From Minisyncoccota bacterium (GTDB lineage Bacteria > Patescibacteriota > Minisyncoccia > Phycocordibacterales > UBA9973), in the NCBI GenBank assembly GCA_028718635.1, contig JAQULK010000001.1:24626-88625 (forward strand): 64,000 nucleotides of DNA, written 5' to 3'. Of the stretch, positions 54,911 through 63,991 are shown one piece after another (position 1 is the stretch's first letter; every line of letters starts with the position of its first letter). A program made the position numbers and the translations under genes. The notes beneath the pieces are model-generated. The model saw nothing but the letters and a program-made list of their open reading frames with translations. It had not been told where the DNA came from and made no database searches.

Positions 54911-55020
54911 TCCCGTTAGAGGCCGCGGTCGCATATGGGAAGAAGAATTAGAAAATTATTATTAATTTAATTTAGGCAGTATGTAAGTTCAATGCGAACG
55001 CGACCTGCCTCTAACGGGAT
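54910..55020. repeat. Intergenic palindromic element, copy 7: hppA-tig spacer
   Basis: hppA TAA overlaps ATCCCGTTAGAGGCCGCGGTCGC ... GCGACCTGCCTCTAACGGGAT directly followed by tig ATG; arm change AGAAG->AGAGG compensated by CTTCT->CCTCT. Confidence 0.8.
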
Positions 55021-56131
55021 GAAAATTACTGTAAACAAATTACCAAAAAGCGAAGTAGAAATCGAAGGTGAAATAGACGCTGAGATTTTTGAATCTTATT
55101 ACGAGAAAGCGCTCAAGAAAATCGGCGAGAATTTTGAGACGGACGGATTCCGCAAGGGCAAAGTGCCGGAAAATATTTTACTTTCCAAAATTCCAGAAAT
55201 CAGCATCTTGGAAGAAATGGCAGAGATGGCTTTGAGCGAACATTATCCTAAAATAATTGAGAGTGAAAAAATAGATGCCATAAGTCGCCCAGAAATTTCA
55301 ATTATAAAATTAGCGCGCAAGAATCCTTTAGGATTTAAAATAAAAACCGCCATCTTGCCGGAGATGAAACTTCCTGACTATAAAAATATCTCTAAGAAAA
55401 TAACTTCTGAAATTACTGATGCTGAAAAAAATATCGTCGTCTCTGATGAAGATTTAGAAGCCACCATTATGGACATCCGTAAATCTCGCGCACCCAAGGT
55501 GCATATGGCAACCCCTCCCCAACCCCTCCCCGAAGGGGAGGGGGGAATTTCTTCCTCCCCTTCGGGGAGGACTGAGGAGGGGTCGGAGAAGGCGGGGGAT
55601 GAGGTGGAACCCGAACTCCCTGCATTTGATGATGAATTTGTAAAAGGTCTTGGTCCTTTCAAAGATGTGGAGGATTTCAAAACAAAACTAAAAGAAAATA
55701 TAAAACTAGAAAAAGAAAACCAACAAAAAGAAAAGACCAGATTGAAAATTATAGAAAAAATAGTCGAGGATAGCGTTATGGATTTGCCTGAGATTTTGGT
55801 TGAAGTTGAACTAGATAAAATTCTATACCGCATGGAATCCGACATTACTCAAATGGGATTGAAATTTGAAGACTATTTGAAACATTTAAATAAAACCAAA
55901 GAGGATTTGAGAAAAGAATTCAGAACGGATGCCGAGAAGAAAGCCAAGCTTGCTCTTATCTTAAATGAGATAGCTAAAGTTGAAAAAATAGTCGCCGACC
56001 CCGAGCAAGTCGCCAACGAAGTCGCAGCTATTTTGGAACACTATAAAGACGCCGACCCCGAGCGCGCTCGCATGCACGCCGAAAACGTCCTCACCAACGA
56101 AAAAATATTTCAGTTTCTAGAAAACCAGTAA
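55019..56131 (+). CDS. tig: Trigger factor (ribosome-associated chaperone); contains about 30-aa in-frame GC-rich insert
   Basis: MKITVNKLPKSEVEIEGEI... trigger-factor N-domain; start at ATG directly after TCTAACGGG; insert TPPQPLPEGEGGISSSPSGRTEEGSEKAGDE. Confidence 0.8.
   Translation: MKITVNKLPKSEVEIEGEIDAEIFESYYEKALKKIGENFETDGFRKGKVPENILLSKIPEISILEEMAEMALSEHYPKIIESEKIDAISRPEISIIKLARKNPLGFKIKTAILPEMKLPDYKNISKKITSEITDAEKNIVVSDEDLEATIMDIRKSRAPKVHMATPPQPLPEGEGGISSSPSGRTEEGSEKAGDEVEPELPAFDDEFVKGLGPFKDVEDFKTKLKENIKLEKENQQKEKTRLKIIEKIVEDSVMDLPEILVEVELDKILYRMESDITQMGLKFEDYLKHLNKTKEDLRKEFRTDAEKKAKLALILNEIAKVEKIVADPEQVANEVAAILEHYKDADPERARMHAENVLTNEKIFQFLENQ
55511..55600. repeat. Two tandem family-P palindromes, in-frame inside tig
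   Basis: CCCCTCCCCAACCCCTCCCCGAAGGGGAGGGG and CCTCCCCTTCGGGGAGG ... GGAGGGGTCGGAG. Confidence 0.75.
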
Positions 56132-56178
56132 AAACTATGCAACAAAAGATATTGTAAAATAATTAATTTTATAAATTT

Positions 56179-56412
56179 ATGGAATCTAGTAATAATTTTA
56201 AAAAATCATCGCCAGAAGATCTAAGTATAAAACCTGAGAAGAAAGACCGTAAAGAAATTGAAATGGAAATAAAAAAATTGGAAAAACAATTATCAGAATG
56301 TTCATATTTGGAACAACAAAAAATTAAAGAGAAGATAGAAAAATTGATTCAGGAATTAGGAGATGACGATAGACTTAAAAGATTGTTTCAAAATGGATTG
56401 GTGGATAATTAA
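56179..56412 (+). CDS. Small hypothetical coiled-coil protein
   Basis: 77 aa, Lys/Glu-rich heptad pattern. Confidence 0.3.
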   Translation: MESSNNFKKSSPEDLSIKPEKKDRKEIEMEIKKLEKQLSECSYLEQQKIKEKIEKLIQELGDDDRLKRLFQNGLVDN

Positions 56413-56487
56413 TCCGATAATCTGTCTTCAGACTACAAGAAATTGTAAAAAAAAGTTATACGCTTATTATATTCACACCAAAGAATT

Positions 56488-57450
56488 TCAGTCCTTTCTT
56501 CCCAAAATTTTAAATCCATCCATAATCGCATCACAAAGAAAATCCTCCAGCTGGCTTTGATCTTCTTTGGTTTGAGCTTTATAAAGATAAGTATAATACA
56601 ATCTCTTGTTTTCTTGCTTGATAATAGCAGGCGCAAGATTAGACTTCAGGAGCATGGCAGATATTAAAATCCGTCCGATACGCCCATTTCCATCAGAGAA
56701 AGGGTGAATCTGCTCAAAACGGCTATGCACTTCCGTGATTAAGGCAACTATGTCTTTAGTTTTTTTATTCATTTCTTTAATAATACTTGGAATTAAATCG
56801 GGTATTTTCATGTAATTGGCAACCGGCAAATTAACCCCCAAAATTCTCACTGCGTGGTTGCGATATGTCCCCGCATCAGAAAGAATGCCATTCATTAAAA
56901 TACTGTGCAGCCTCAATATTAATTTTTCATCCAACTTCCCGCCCTTTGAAATATATTCAAAAAGATAAATAAGAGCTGTTTGATGGTTCTTGGCCTCCAA
57001 TTGTTCAGTCAAACTTTTATTTGGCAAAGAAACATTATCAAAAAGGATAGACGCAGTATCTGGTTCGGTTAAGGTGCTCCCTTCTATTTTATTGCTATTG
57101 TATGTAAGTTTTAATAGAAATGTATCTCTAATATCCGGATTGTTTAGTATGGTGGCAATAATGTTTTTATGTTCTTGAGACTTTTTATTTAGGATTTGTT
57201 TTTTAGCCACCAGCTGATCTATCGGAATTATTTTTTCCCCTGTCACTTCTAAAAATAACTCATCAATCAAAATCTGTATTTTAGGTCGAGGAATTGATTT
57301 GCCCGTCCACCAGCTATTAAAGGCCACAAAAGAAACGCCGATCCGTTCAGCTAATTTAGTCTGGGTTAATCCAGTGGCTTGTTTAATAACTTGTAATTTT
57401 TTTACTATATCCATGCAGGATATGATATCAAACTTTATAAAGTTTGTCAA
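56488..57450 (-). CDS. fic: Fic-family protein (AMPylase-like) with N-terminal XRE-type HTH
   Basis: 320 aa; Fic motif HPFSDGNGRIGR; putative inhibitory SNKIEGS (SxxxEG) segment; HTH LTQTKLAERIGVS. Confidence 0.8.
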   Translation of the reverse strand: MTNFIKFDIISCMDIVKKLQVIKQATGLTQTKLAERIGVSFVAFNSWWTGKSIPRPKIQILIDELFLEVTGEKIIPIDQLVAKKQILNKKSQEHKNIIATILNNPDIRDTFLLKLTYNSNKIEGSTLTEPDTASILFDNVSLPNKSLTEQLEAKNHQTALIYLFEYISKGGKLDEKLILRLHSILMNGILSDAGTYRNHAVRILGVNLPVANYMKIPDLIPSIIKEMNKKTKDIVALITEVHSRFEQIHPFSDGNGRIGRILISAMLLKSNLAPAIIKQENKRLYYTYLYKAQTKEDQSQLEDFLCDAIMDGFKILGRKD

Positions 57451-57481
57451 AATTAAGAAAGTTTATAAAGTTACAGTAAAT

Positions 57482-58399
57482 CTACAATCCTAAAGCATAA
57501 CAAAGAAGCGCCATGCGGACATACAGGCCATTTTGGGCTTGGCGAAAATAAACTGCGCGAGAGTCGGCATCAACTTCCGACTCTATTTCATTTACTTTTG
57601 GCAAGGCATGCATAATGATCGCATCATTTTTCATTTTTTTGAGATGGTCTTTTCTTAGAATAAATAGATCTTTTACTTTTTCATAATCGGCGACATTGGC
57701 AAAGCGCTCTTTTTGCACTCGTGTCATATAAAGTATATCTAATTTTGGCAAAGCTTCTTCTAAACTTCGCAGTTCTTCAAAAACCACACCAGCATCTTTT
57801 AATTCTTTAATATATTCTCTCGGCAATTCCAATTCTTTGGGTGAAATAAAATAGAACTTATTTCCGTTATATTGTCGCAAAAACGGTACCAAAGATTTCA
57901 CCGTCCTGCTATTTAATAAATCTCCTCCAAACCCAATAGTAAGATTATCAATTCTTTTATGTTCCTTTTTAATAGTATACACATCAAGCAATCCTTGTGT
58001 TGGATGCAGTATCGCGCCATCCCCAGCATTAATAATTGGCTTAGTGGTAACAAGAGCTGCTTTTTCCAATGTCCCCGCAATAGGATGACGAATAACAATA
58101 ACATCCGCATAAGAACAAAGTACCTTGGTTGTATCTTCAATTTTTTCCCCTTTATACGCAGAAGAATTTTCCATTGCATTTTCCGAGGAAATAACTTTTG
58201 CTCCTAACCTAAGTGCTGCCGTTTCAAAAGACAACCGAGTTCTAGTCGATGGCTCAAAAAAAATACAAGCTACAATTTTGTCTTTTAATATTTGTTCTAC
58301 AGTTCCCTTGCGCAAATCCTCTTCCATCTTTTCTGCGCGAGCTAAAATTTTCTCAACTTCTTCTTTTTTTAACTGATTGGATGAGATTATATTAATCAT
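57482..58399 (-). CDS. pyrB: Aspartate carbamoyltransferase catalytic subunit
   Basis: 305 aa; FFEPSTRTRLSFE carbamoyl-phosphate-binding motif, HALP motif. Confidence 0.9.
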   Translation of the reverse strand: MINIISSNQLKKEEVEKILARAEKMEEDLRKGTVEQILKDKIVACIFFEPSTRTRLSFETAALRLGAKVISSENAMENSSAYKGEKIEDTTKVLCSYADVIVIRHPIAGTLEKAALVTTKPIINAGDGAILHPTQGLLDVYTIKKEHKRIDNLTIGFGGDLLNSRTVKSLVPFLRQYNGNKFYFISPKELELPREYIKELKDAGVVFEELRSLEEALPKLDILYMTRVQKERFANVADYEKVKDLFILRKDHLKKMKNDAIIMHALPKVNEIESEVDADSRAVYFRQAQNGLYVRMALLCYALGL

Positions 58400-58406
58400 A
58401 GGATTT

Positions 58407-61400
58407 TTAATTATTTAAATATTCTTTATAAGATTTTATTTCCAAATCATCAATCGAGTATCGCGCCAAGGCCTTGATAAATGCGCGCGCTAGGTGTAGA
58501 TCGATAAACAAAGGAATTTGATTGTCGACCGTGGCACGACGCACCTGAAAACCATCGGCGAGCATACGTTTTATTTCTTTTTCTTTCATCACTTCGATTT
58601 CCTCAGTCTTGCTTAAATTTACCACAAAAGAAACCTGTTTGTCTTCAATTATGTCGATAATGTTCGGCGACCTCTGATATGCCTTGCGAGCCACAGTGCA
58701 TTCAATATTTTGGTTTTTAAGAAATTTGGCGGTAGTATCTGTCGCAAAAATTTTGTAGCCTAAGGAGATCAATATCCTCGCTGTCTCAAAAAATTTAACC
58801 TTGTTCAAATCTCCACCCAAGGAAAGAAAGACATTTTTATTTTTAAAATCAAATTTATTCGTACTTAAAATCGATTTTAAAAGCGCTTCGTCGTAATCCC
58901 TGCCGAAACAAGCAGCTTCTCCAGTAGAAGACATCTCTACCCGTAACACTGGATCCGCGCCGAGCAGTCTCGCAAAAGAGAACTGCGCGGATTTTACAAC
59001 CACGCTTTTTGGATATACGAAATCATGTATTTTGGCTTTATTGAAAAAACTGTCCACCGCTATTTCTGGGAAATTAGCATCCATCGCTTTAGACAAAAGT
59101 GGAAAAGTCCGGCTAGCGCGCAAATTTATCTCTATCACAAACGGTCTGTTGTTCTTCACTAAAAATTGAATATTGAATGGCCCAGTCACAGAGAGAGAGC
59201 GCGCAATCTTTTTTGAAATCTCGCGAATTTGAAACTCAGTCGAAGCATATACGCGCTGAGTGGGAAAAACAATGGTGGCATCCCCGGAATGCACTCCGGC
59301 ATTTTCTACATGTTCGGATATGCCATAAATCATGAGCTCTCCTTTTTGGGCCACTCCGTCAAATTCTAATTCTCTGGCATTTTCCACATATTTAGAAATA
59401 GTGACCGGATGTTTTGGAGACAACACTGTTGCTTTCGTAACAAAATCCAATAATTGTTTTTCGTTATAACACACCCTCATCGCCGCCCCAGAGAGCACAT
59501 AGGATGGGCGAACAAGCACTGGAAAACTTTCTTCATCGGTGAACTTGAGAGCTTCTTTCATGCTGGTAAAGCTGGTCCATTTGGGCTGTAAAATATCGAG
59601 ACTGTCGAGCAGTTCCGAGAATTTATTGCGATCCTCCGCCCGATCGATGTTTTCCGCGCTCGTACCTAAAATACGAAAATCGGCTTCCTCCAAGCTCTGG
59701 GCCAAATTATTTGGTCTTTGTCCCCCGACTGAGATTATTATTCCGAAAGCATTTTCAAATTCAAAAATATCCGCGACCGTCTCAAAAGATAAGTCTTCAA
59801 AATACAATCTATCCGACATATCATAATCCGTAGAAACAGTTTCTGGATTGCAATTTACAATAATAGATTTTTTATGATATTTTTTCAAAGCCAAAGAAGC
59901 ATTCACACAAGACCAATCAAACTCCACAGAAGATCCGATGTGATAGGGTCCGCTGCCTAGCACCACTACCGCGTTTTTATTAAAAGGAGATACATCATAA
60001 TGGTTTCCGTGATACGTAAGATATAGATAATTTGTTTTTGCAGGCACTTCCCCTGCCAAGGTATCAATGGAAAATATTGCTGGGATAATTTTCATGCTTT
60101 TTCGCAAATTTCGGATATGCAATTCATCTTTCCCGCATAAATCACCGATTTTTTTATCTGAAAAACCATTTTGCTTTAAAAGCAACACGCTTTCTTTATC
60201 GAGTTTTTTATTTTTTAGAAAATTTTTCTCAGTTTCCACTATATTTTTTATTCGGTGCAAAAACCACAAATCAATTCCGGTTATTTTGTGAATTTTTTCT
60301 AAACTAATTCCCTTTTTTATGCCGGCTGCTATAGCAAACATCCGCCTTGGCGTCGAAGTGTTTAAAAATTTTTCCACTTCTTTTCCATTTTTAAAACCAT
60401 TGTCAGTGACGCTTTCCACACAGCCGGAATTCATGCGTACCGCTTTTTGCAACGCTTCTTCAAAACTGCGGCCGATAGCCATCACTTCCCCTACAGACTT
60501 CATAGCACTGCCTATCTGTTCGTGCGCCCCGATAAATTTTTCCAAATCCCAGCGCGGCATTTTTACCACCACATAATCAAGCGCCGGCTCAAAAAAACTT
60601 TGAGTGACTTTTGTAATTTTATTTTCTATTTCAAGCAAATTCTTGCCAAGAGATAATTTAGCTGCCACATATGCCAGAGGATACCCAGTGGCCTTGCTCG
60701 CGAGCGCGCTGGATCTAGAAAGCCGAGCATTTACCTCTATGACAAAATAGTCTAATGTGCCGTTTTTAGGATTTGGGTTGAGAGCGTACTGCACATTGCA
60801 CTCGCCGATTATTCCCAAACTTTGAACAATTTTTATGCTGGCTTCTCGCAACCCGTGATATTCGTCGTTGTTCAAGGTCTGGCTAGGAGCAACTACGACA
60901 GAGTCTCCAGTATGAATTCCAAGCGGATCAAAATTCTCCATATTGCAGACTGTGATAGTATTGCCGAGGTTGTCGCGCACGACTTCGTATTCAATTTCTT
61001 TAAAATGATGCAGATATTTCTCTATTAAAACCTGCGAAGACACTGCCAGCGCCCCTTTTACAATTTCTTCTAGCTCTTCTCCATCATTAGCAATGCCGGA
61101 TTTCTGCCCGCCTAAAGCAAAAGCTGCTCGCACCATTACTGGAAAACCAATTCTTCCCGCAATGTTTTTTGCCTCCTTGAGATTTACGGCAGTACCAGAA
61201 GGCGGAACAGGAATATTCATATTTCTCAAATGTTTCGCGAATTTTTCTCTGTCTTCTGTCAGCTCAATAGATGAAGTCGGCGTACCTAAAACTCTTACTT
61301 TGTATTTTTCAAAAACACCCTTTTTCTCCAAAGCTAATCCGCAGTTGAGTGCTGTCTGTCCGCCGAAGGAAAGCATAATTCCATCAGGCCGTTCTTTTTC

Positions 61401-61640
61401 AATCACTTTCTCCACGAAATAATCATCAACCGGCAAAAAATAAACTTCATCTGCTAAAGTTTTAGAAGTTTGGAAGGTGGCAATATTCGGATTGACTAAA
61501 ATAACCTTGATTTTTTCTTCTTTCAGAGCCTTAATTGCCTGACTACCAGAATAATCAAATTCACCCGCTTCGCCTATTTTTAGCGCGCCGCTTCCGAGCA
61601 CCAATACTTTTTTCATTAATTTTACTTTTTTGTTTTTCAT
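58407..61640 (-). CDS. carB: Carbamoyl-phosphate synthase large subunit
   Basis: 1077 aa; duplicated ATP-grasp modules, N-term VLVLGSGALKIGEAGEFDYSGSQA, MGS-like C-terminal domain. Confidence 0.95.
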   Translation of the reverse strand: MKNKKVKLMKKVLVLGSGALKIGEAGEFDYSGSQAIKALKEEKIKVILVNPNIATFQTSKTLADEVYFLPVDDYFVEKVIEKERPDGIMLSFGGQTALNCGLALEKKGVFEKYKVRVLGTPTSSIELTEDREKFAKHLRNMNIPVPPSGTAVNLKEAKNIAGRIGFPVMVRAAFALGGQKSGIANDGEELEEIVKGALAVSSQVLIEKYLHHFKEIEYEVVRDNLGNTITVCNMENFDPLGIHTGDSVVVAPSQTLNNDEYHGLREASIKIVQSLGIIGECNVQYALNPNPKNGTLDYFVIEVNARLSRSSALASKATGYPLAYVAAKLSLGKNLLEIENKITKVTQSFFEPALDYVVVKMPRWDLEKFIGAHEQIGSAMKSVGEVMAIGRSFEEALQKAVRMNSGCVESVTDNGFKNGKEVEKFLNTSTPRRMFAIAAGIKKGISLEKIHKITGIDLWFLHRIKNIVETEKNFLKNKKLDKESVLLLKQNGFSDKKIGDLCGKDELHIRNLRKSMKIIPAIFSIDTLAGEVPAKTNYLYLTYHGNHYDVSPFNKNAVVVLGSGPYHIGSSVEFDWSCVNASLALKKYHKKSIIVNCNPETVSTDYDMSDRLYFEDLSFETVADIFEFENAFGIIISVGGQRPNNLAQSLEEADFRILGTSAENIDRAEDRNKFSELLDSLDILQPKWTSFTSMKEALKFTDEESFPVLVRPSYVLSGAAMRVCYNEKQLLDFVTKATVLSPKHPVTISKYVENARELEFDGVAQKGELMIYGISEHVENAGVHSGDATIVFPTQRVYASTEFQIREISKKIARSLSVTGPFNIQFLVKNNRPFVIEINLRASRTFPLLSKAMDANFPEIAVDSFFNKAKIHDFVYPKSVVVKSAQFSFARLLGADPVLRVEMSSTGEAACFGRDYDEALLKSILSTNKFDFKNKNVFLSLGGDLNKVKFFETARILISLGYKIFATDTTAKFLKNQNIECTVARKAYQRSPNIIDIIEDKQVSFVVNLSKTEEIEVMKEKEIKRMLADGFQVRRATVDNQIPLFIDLHLARAFIKALARYSIDDLEIKSYKEYLNN

Positions 61641-61653
61641 TAATTTTACTTTG

Positions 61654-62742
61654 CTATTTTTTATGATTTTTTATTTTTGATTTTATGACTCCAGCTTTTT
61701 CTAAAAAGAAATCAAATATCCAATCAGTATCAAGCGGTCCGGGAGAACTCTCTGGATGAAATTGCACAGACATAAAAGGCAAACTCTCGTGAATAATCCC
61801 TTCATTGGTGTTGTCATTAGCATTATAAAACCATTCCTTGAATCCTTTGGGAATTTTTTTAACTGCAAAACCATGATTTTGGGTCGTTAAATAACACTTA
61901 TTTGTTCCCTGTTCCACCACAGGTTGATTTTGACTACGATGGCCGAATTTCATCTTGTAGGTAGTTCCGCCCAAAGCCAGCGTCAAAATCTGATTTCCTA
62001 AACAAATACCAAATGTAGGGATTTTTTGAGCAATAATTTTTTTGACATTGTTTATAGTAGTTTTTACTTTTTTAGGGTCTCCAGGACCGTTAGAAATAAT
62101 TACCGCATCCAAGGGAAATTTCAGTTTCGTAATATCAGTATCCCAAGGAACAACCACCACTTTAAATTTGCGCGCTATCAGTCTTCTAATAATATTTTGT
62201 TTTTGTCCGCAATCTATCAGTACAATAGTTTTTTCTCCGGTGCCAAACGATAAAATTTCTTTTGTACTAACTTCAGAAACTAAATTATTTAAATTGGTAT
62301 CATTAAAAGAAATATCTTTTCCTGCTAGAACTATCTTTCCCAAGGAAACCCCTTCATCTCGTAATTTTTGCGTCAACTTTCTCGTGTCTTTAATTTCAAT
62401 TAACGGAACTCCTTCTTTTTTAAACCATTCTCCTAATGTCATTCGCATTGCGTGATGCGATGGAGTATCTATATAATTACAGACAACCAAACCAGAAACT
62501 TGAATTTTTTCCGATTCCCAAAATCCTTTTTTAGGAACACCATAATTTCCGATAATTGGATATGTCAAAACCAAAATTTGCCCCTTAAACGAGGGGTCGG
62601 TCAGCGCTTCTGGATACCCCACCATACCTGTAGCAAAAACAACCTCTCCAGAAATGGATTCGTCTCCTCCAAAACTTTCACCAATAAATTCGGAGCCGTC
62701 TTTAAATATTAATTTTGCAGTTTTACTGTTTTTATTTGGCAT
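61654..62742 (-). CDS. carA: Carbamoyl-phosphate synthase small (glutaminase) subunit
   Basis: 362 aa; CPSase_sm N-domain, GATase catalytic Cys GICLGNQ and HPE motif. Confidence 0.9.
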   Translation of the reverse strand: MPNKNSKTAKLIFKDGSEFIGESFGGDESISGEVVFATGMVGYPEALTDPSFKGQILVLTYPIIGNYGVPKKGFWESEKIQVSGLVVCNYIDTPSHHAMRMTLGEWFKKEGVPLIEIKDTRKLTQKLRDEGVSLGKIVLAGKDISFNDTNLNNLVSEVSTKEILSFGTGEKTIVLIDCGQKQNIIRRLIARKFKVVVVPWDTDITKLKFPLDAVIISNGPGDPKKVKTTINNVKKIIAQKIPTFGICLGNQILTLALGGTTYKMKFGHRSQNQPVVEQGTNKCYLTTQNHGFAVKKIPKGFKEWFYNANDNTNEGIIHESLPFMSVQFHPESSPGPLDTDWIFDFFLEKAGVIKSKIKNHKK

Positions 62743-63991
62743 AAATTTTACCTTTTATTATTGTCATCGCCACACTGCCTGGAAAAGTAATTCCTTCAAA
62801 AGGCGACCACCCGCATTTTGTTTTCAATTTATCTTTAGTAATGGTAATTTGTTTATTTAAATTGAGAATTGTCAGCGACCCCACATACCCCTTTTCTATT
62901 TTTCCGTATTTATCTGAAATAAAATTATTTATAAAATTCGCAGGATTATAACTGCAAACTCTTTCAATCTCTTTTGCTGTGAAATTATGTTCTTGCATCA
63001 ACCAAGCAGTAAACGGGCCATAAGTATCCAAGTGCGTTAGCCCAGAAATTCCTTTTCCTTTTTCCTCTATAGTATGAGGGGCATGATCAGTCGCCAAATA
63101 ATCTATGTCGCCGTTTTTCAAAAATGCTATGAGCCCTAGGCGATTTTCTTTGCTTTGGCGAATCGGTGGATTAACCTGCAACATATTTGTTTCGTCCCTG
63201 TCCGCCAAAGCTTTAGCGTCGGCGGAAAAATACAAATGATGCGGAGTGACTTCTACTGTCACATTTATTCCACGTTTTTTTGCATCTATAATTTTATTTA
63301 TTCCGAGAACTGTAGAACAGTGGCAAATTTTTCCTACAAGATTATATTTCTCAATGAGTTTTAAAGCAAAATCTACGGCAGAAATCTCAGCTTCAGGCGG
63401 ACGTTTTGCTTCGTGGGTATTTTTATTTGCATTTTCTTCTAGAATTTTTGGGTCTTCGCAATGAAAACTCACACATTGATTTTCGTATTTTTCCAATGCT
63501 TTTTCCAATTCTTCATTTGAAGTAAAAAACAAATCTCCCACTGACGGACCCATAAAAGCTTTGTAAGGAACTTTTTTAGCCTCGCCTGTATGGCTATGGC
63601 CGAGGGAAAGAGGTTTTGTATTAGGACCAATACCGGCATAAAGCACCACAGTGATGGAAGATTTTTTCGCTAAATTATTCTTCTTTTCAAAACTATCGTC
63701 ATCTACTGGTGGCACTGGATTATTTGGCATCTCTCCTATCGCTACTACTCCGCCATTTATGGCGGCCTCTCCCGCAGTAACAAAATCTTCTTTATAATCT
63801 TGTTTATGGCTCGCATCTTCCCGTGCATGCACATGCAGATCTATGAAACCAGGGAAAATAATTTCATCTTTTAAAACAACGTCGGCTATTCCCGAAGGTT
63901 CTGTGATGTTTGAAATTAATCCAGTTTGAGTGTCTATTTCGATACGTTTTTTTTCTCCAATATTTGCGATAATTCCTTCGACGCTAAGCAT
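62732..63991 (-). CDS. pyrC: Dihydroorotase
   Basis: 419 aa; FIDLHVHARE metal-binding motif, carboxylated-Lys region; contains one in-frame SLGHSHTGEAK repeat. Confidence 0.85.
   Translation of the reverse strand: MLSVEGIIANIGEKKRIEIDTQTGLISNITEPSGIADVVLKDEIIFPGFIDLHVHAREDASHKQDYKEDFVTAGEAAINGGVVAIGEMPNNPVPPVDDDSFEKKNNLAKKSSITVVLYAGIGPNTKPLSLGHSHTGEAKKVPYKAFMGPSVGDLFFTSNEELEKALEKYENQCVSFHCEDPKILEENANKNTHEAKRPPEAEISAVDFALKLIEKYNLVGKICHCSTVLGINKIIDAKKRGINVTVEVTPHHLYFSADAKALADRDETNMLQVNPPIRQSKENRLGLIAFLKNGDIDYLATDHAPHTIEEKGKGISGLTHLDTYGPFTAWLMQEHNFTAKEIERVCSYNPANFINNFISDKYGKIEKGYVGSLTILNLNKQITITKDKLKTKCGWSPFEGITFPGSVAMTIIKGKIYAK
63578..63610. repeat. Family S repeat, in-frame in pyrC
   Basis: GCCTCGCCTGTATGGCTATGGCCGAGGGAAA; encodes LSLGHSHTGEAK. 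Confidence 0.65.

Noticed and set aside
52847-55018. ORF-track 5' extensions of hppA ([13 protein letters not shown]...) and tig (MRTRPASNG...)
   Set aside because: These extensions are translations of the palindromic element arm (TCTAACGGG gives SNG). Canonical protein N-termini (MNQFLSF..., MKITVNK...) begin at the ATG directly after the element.
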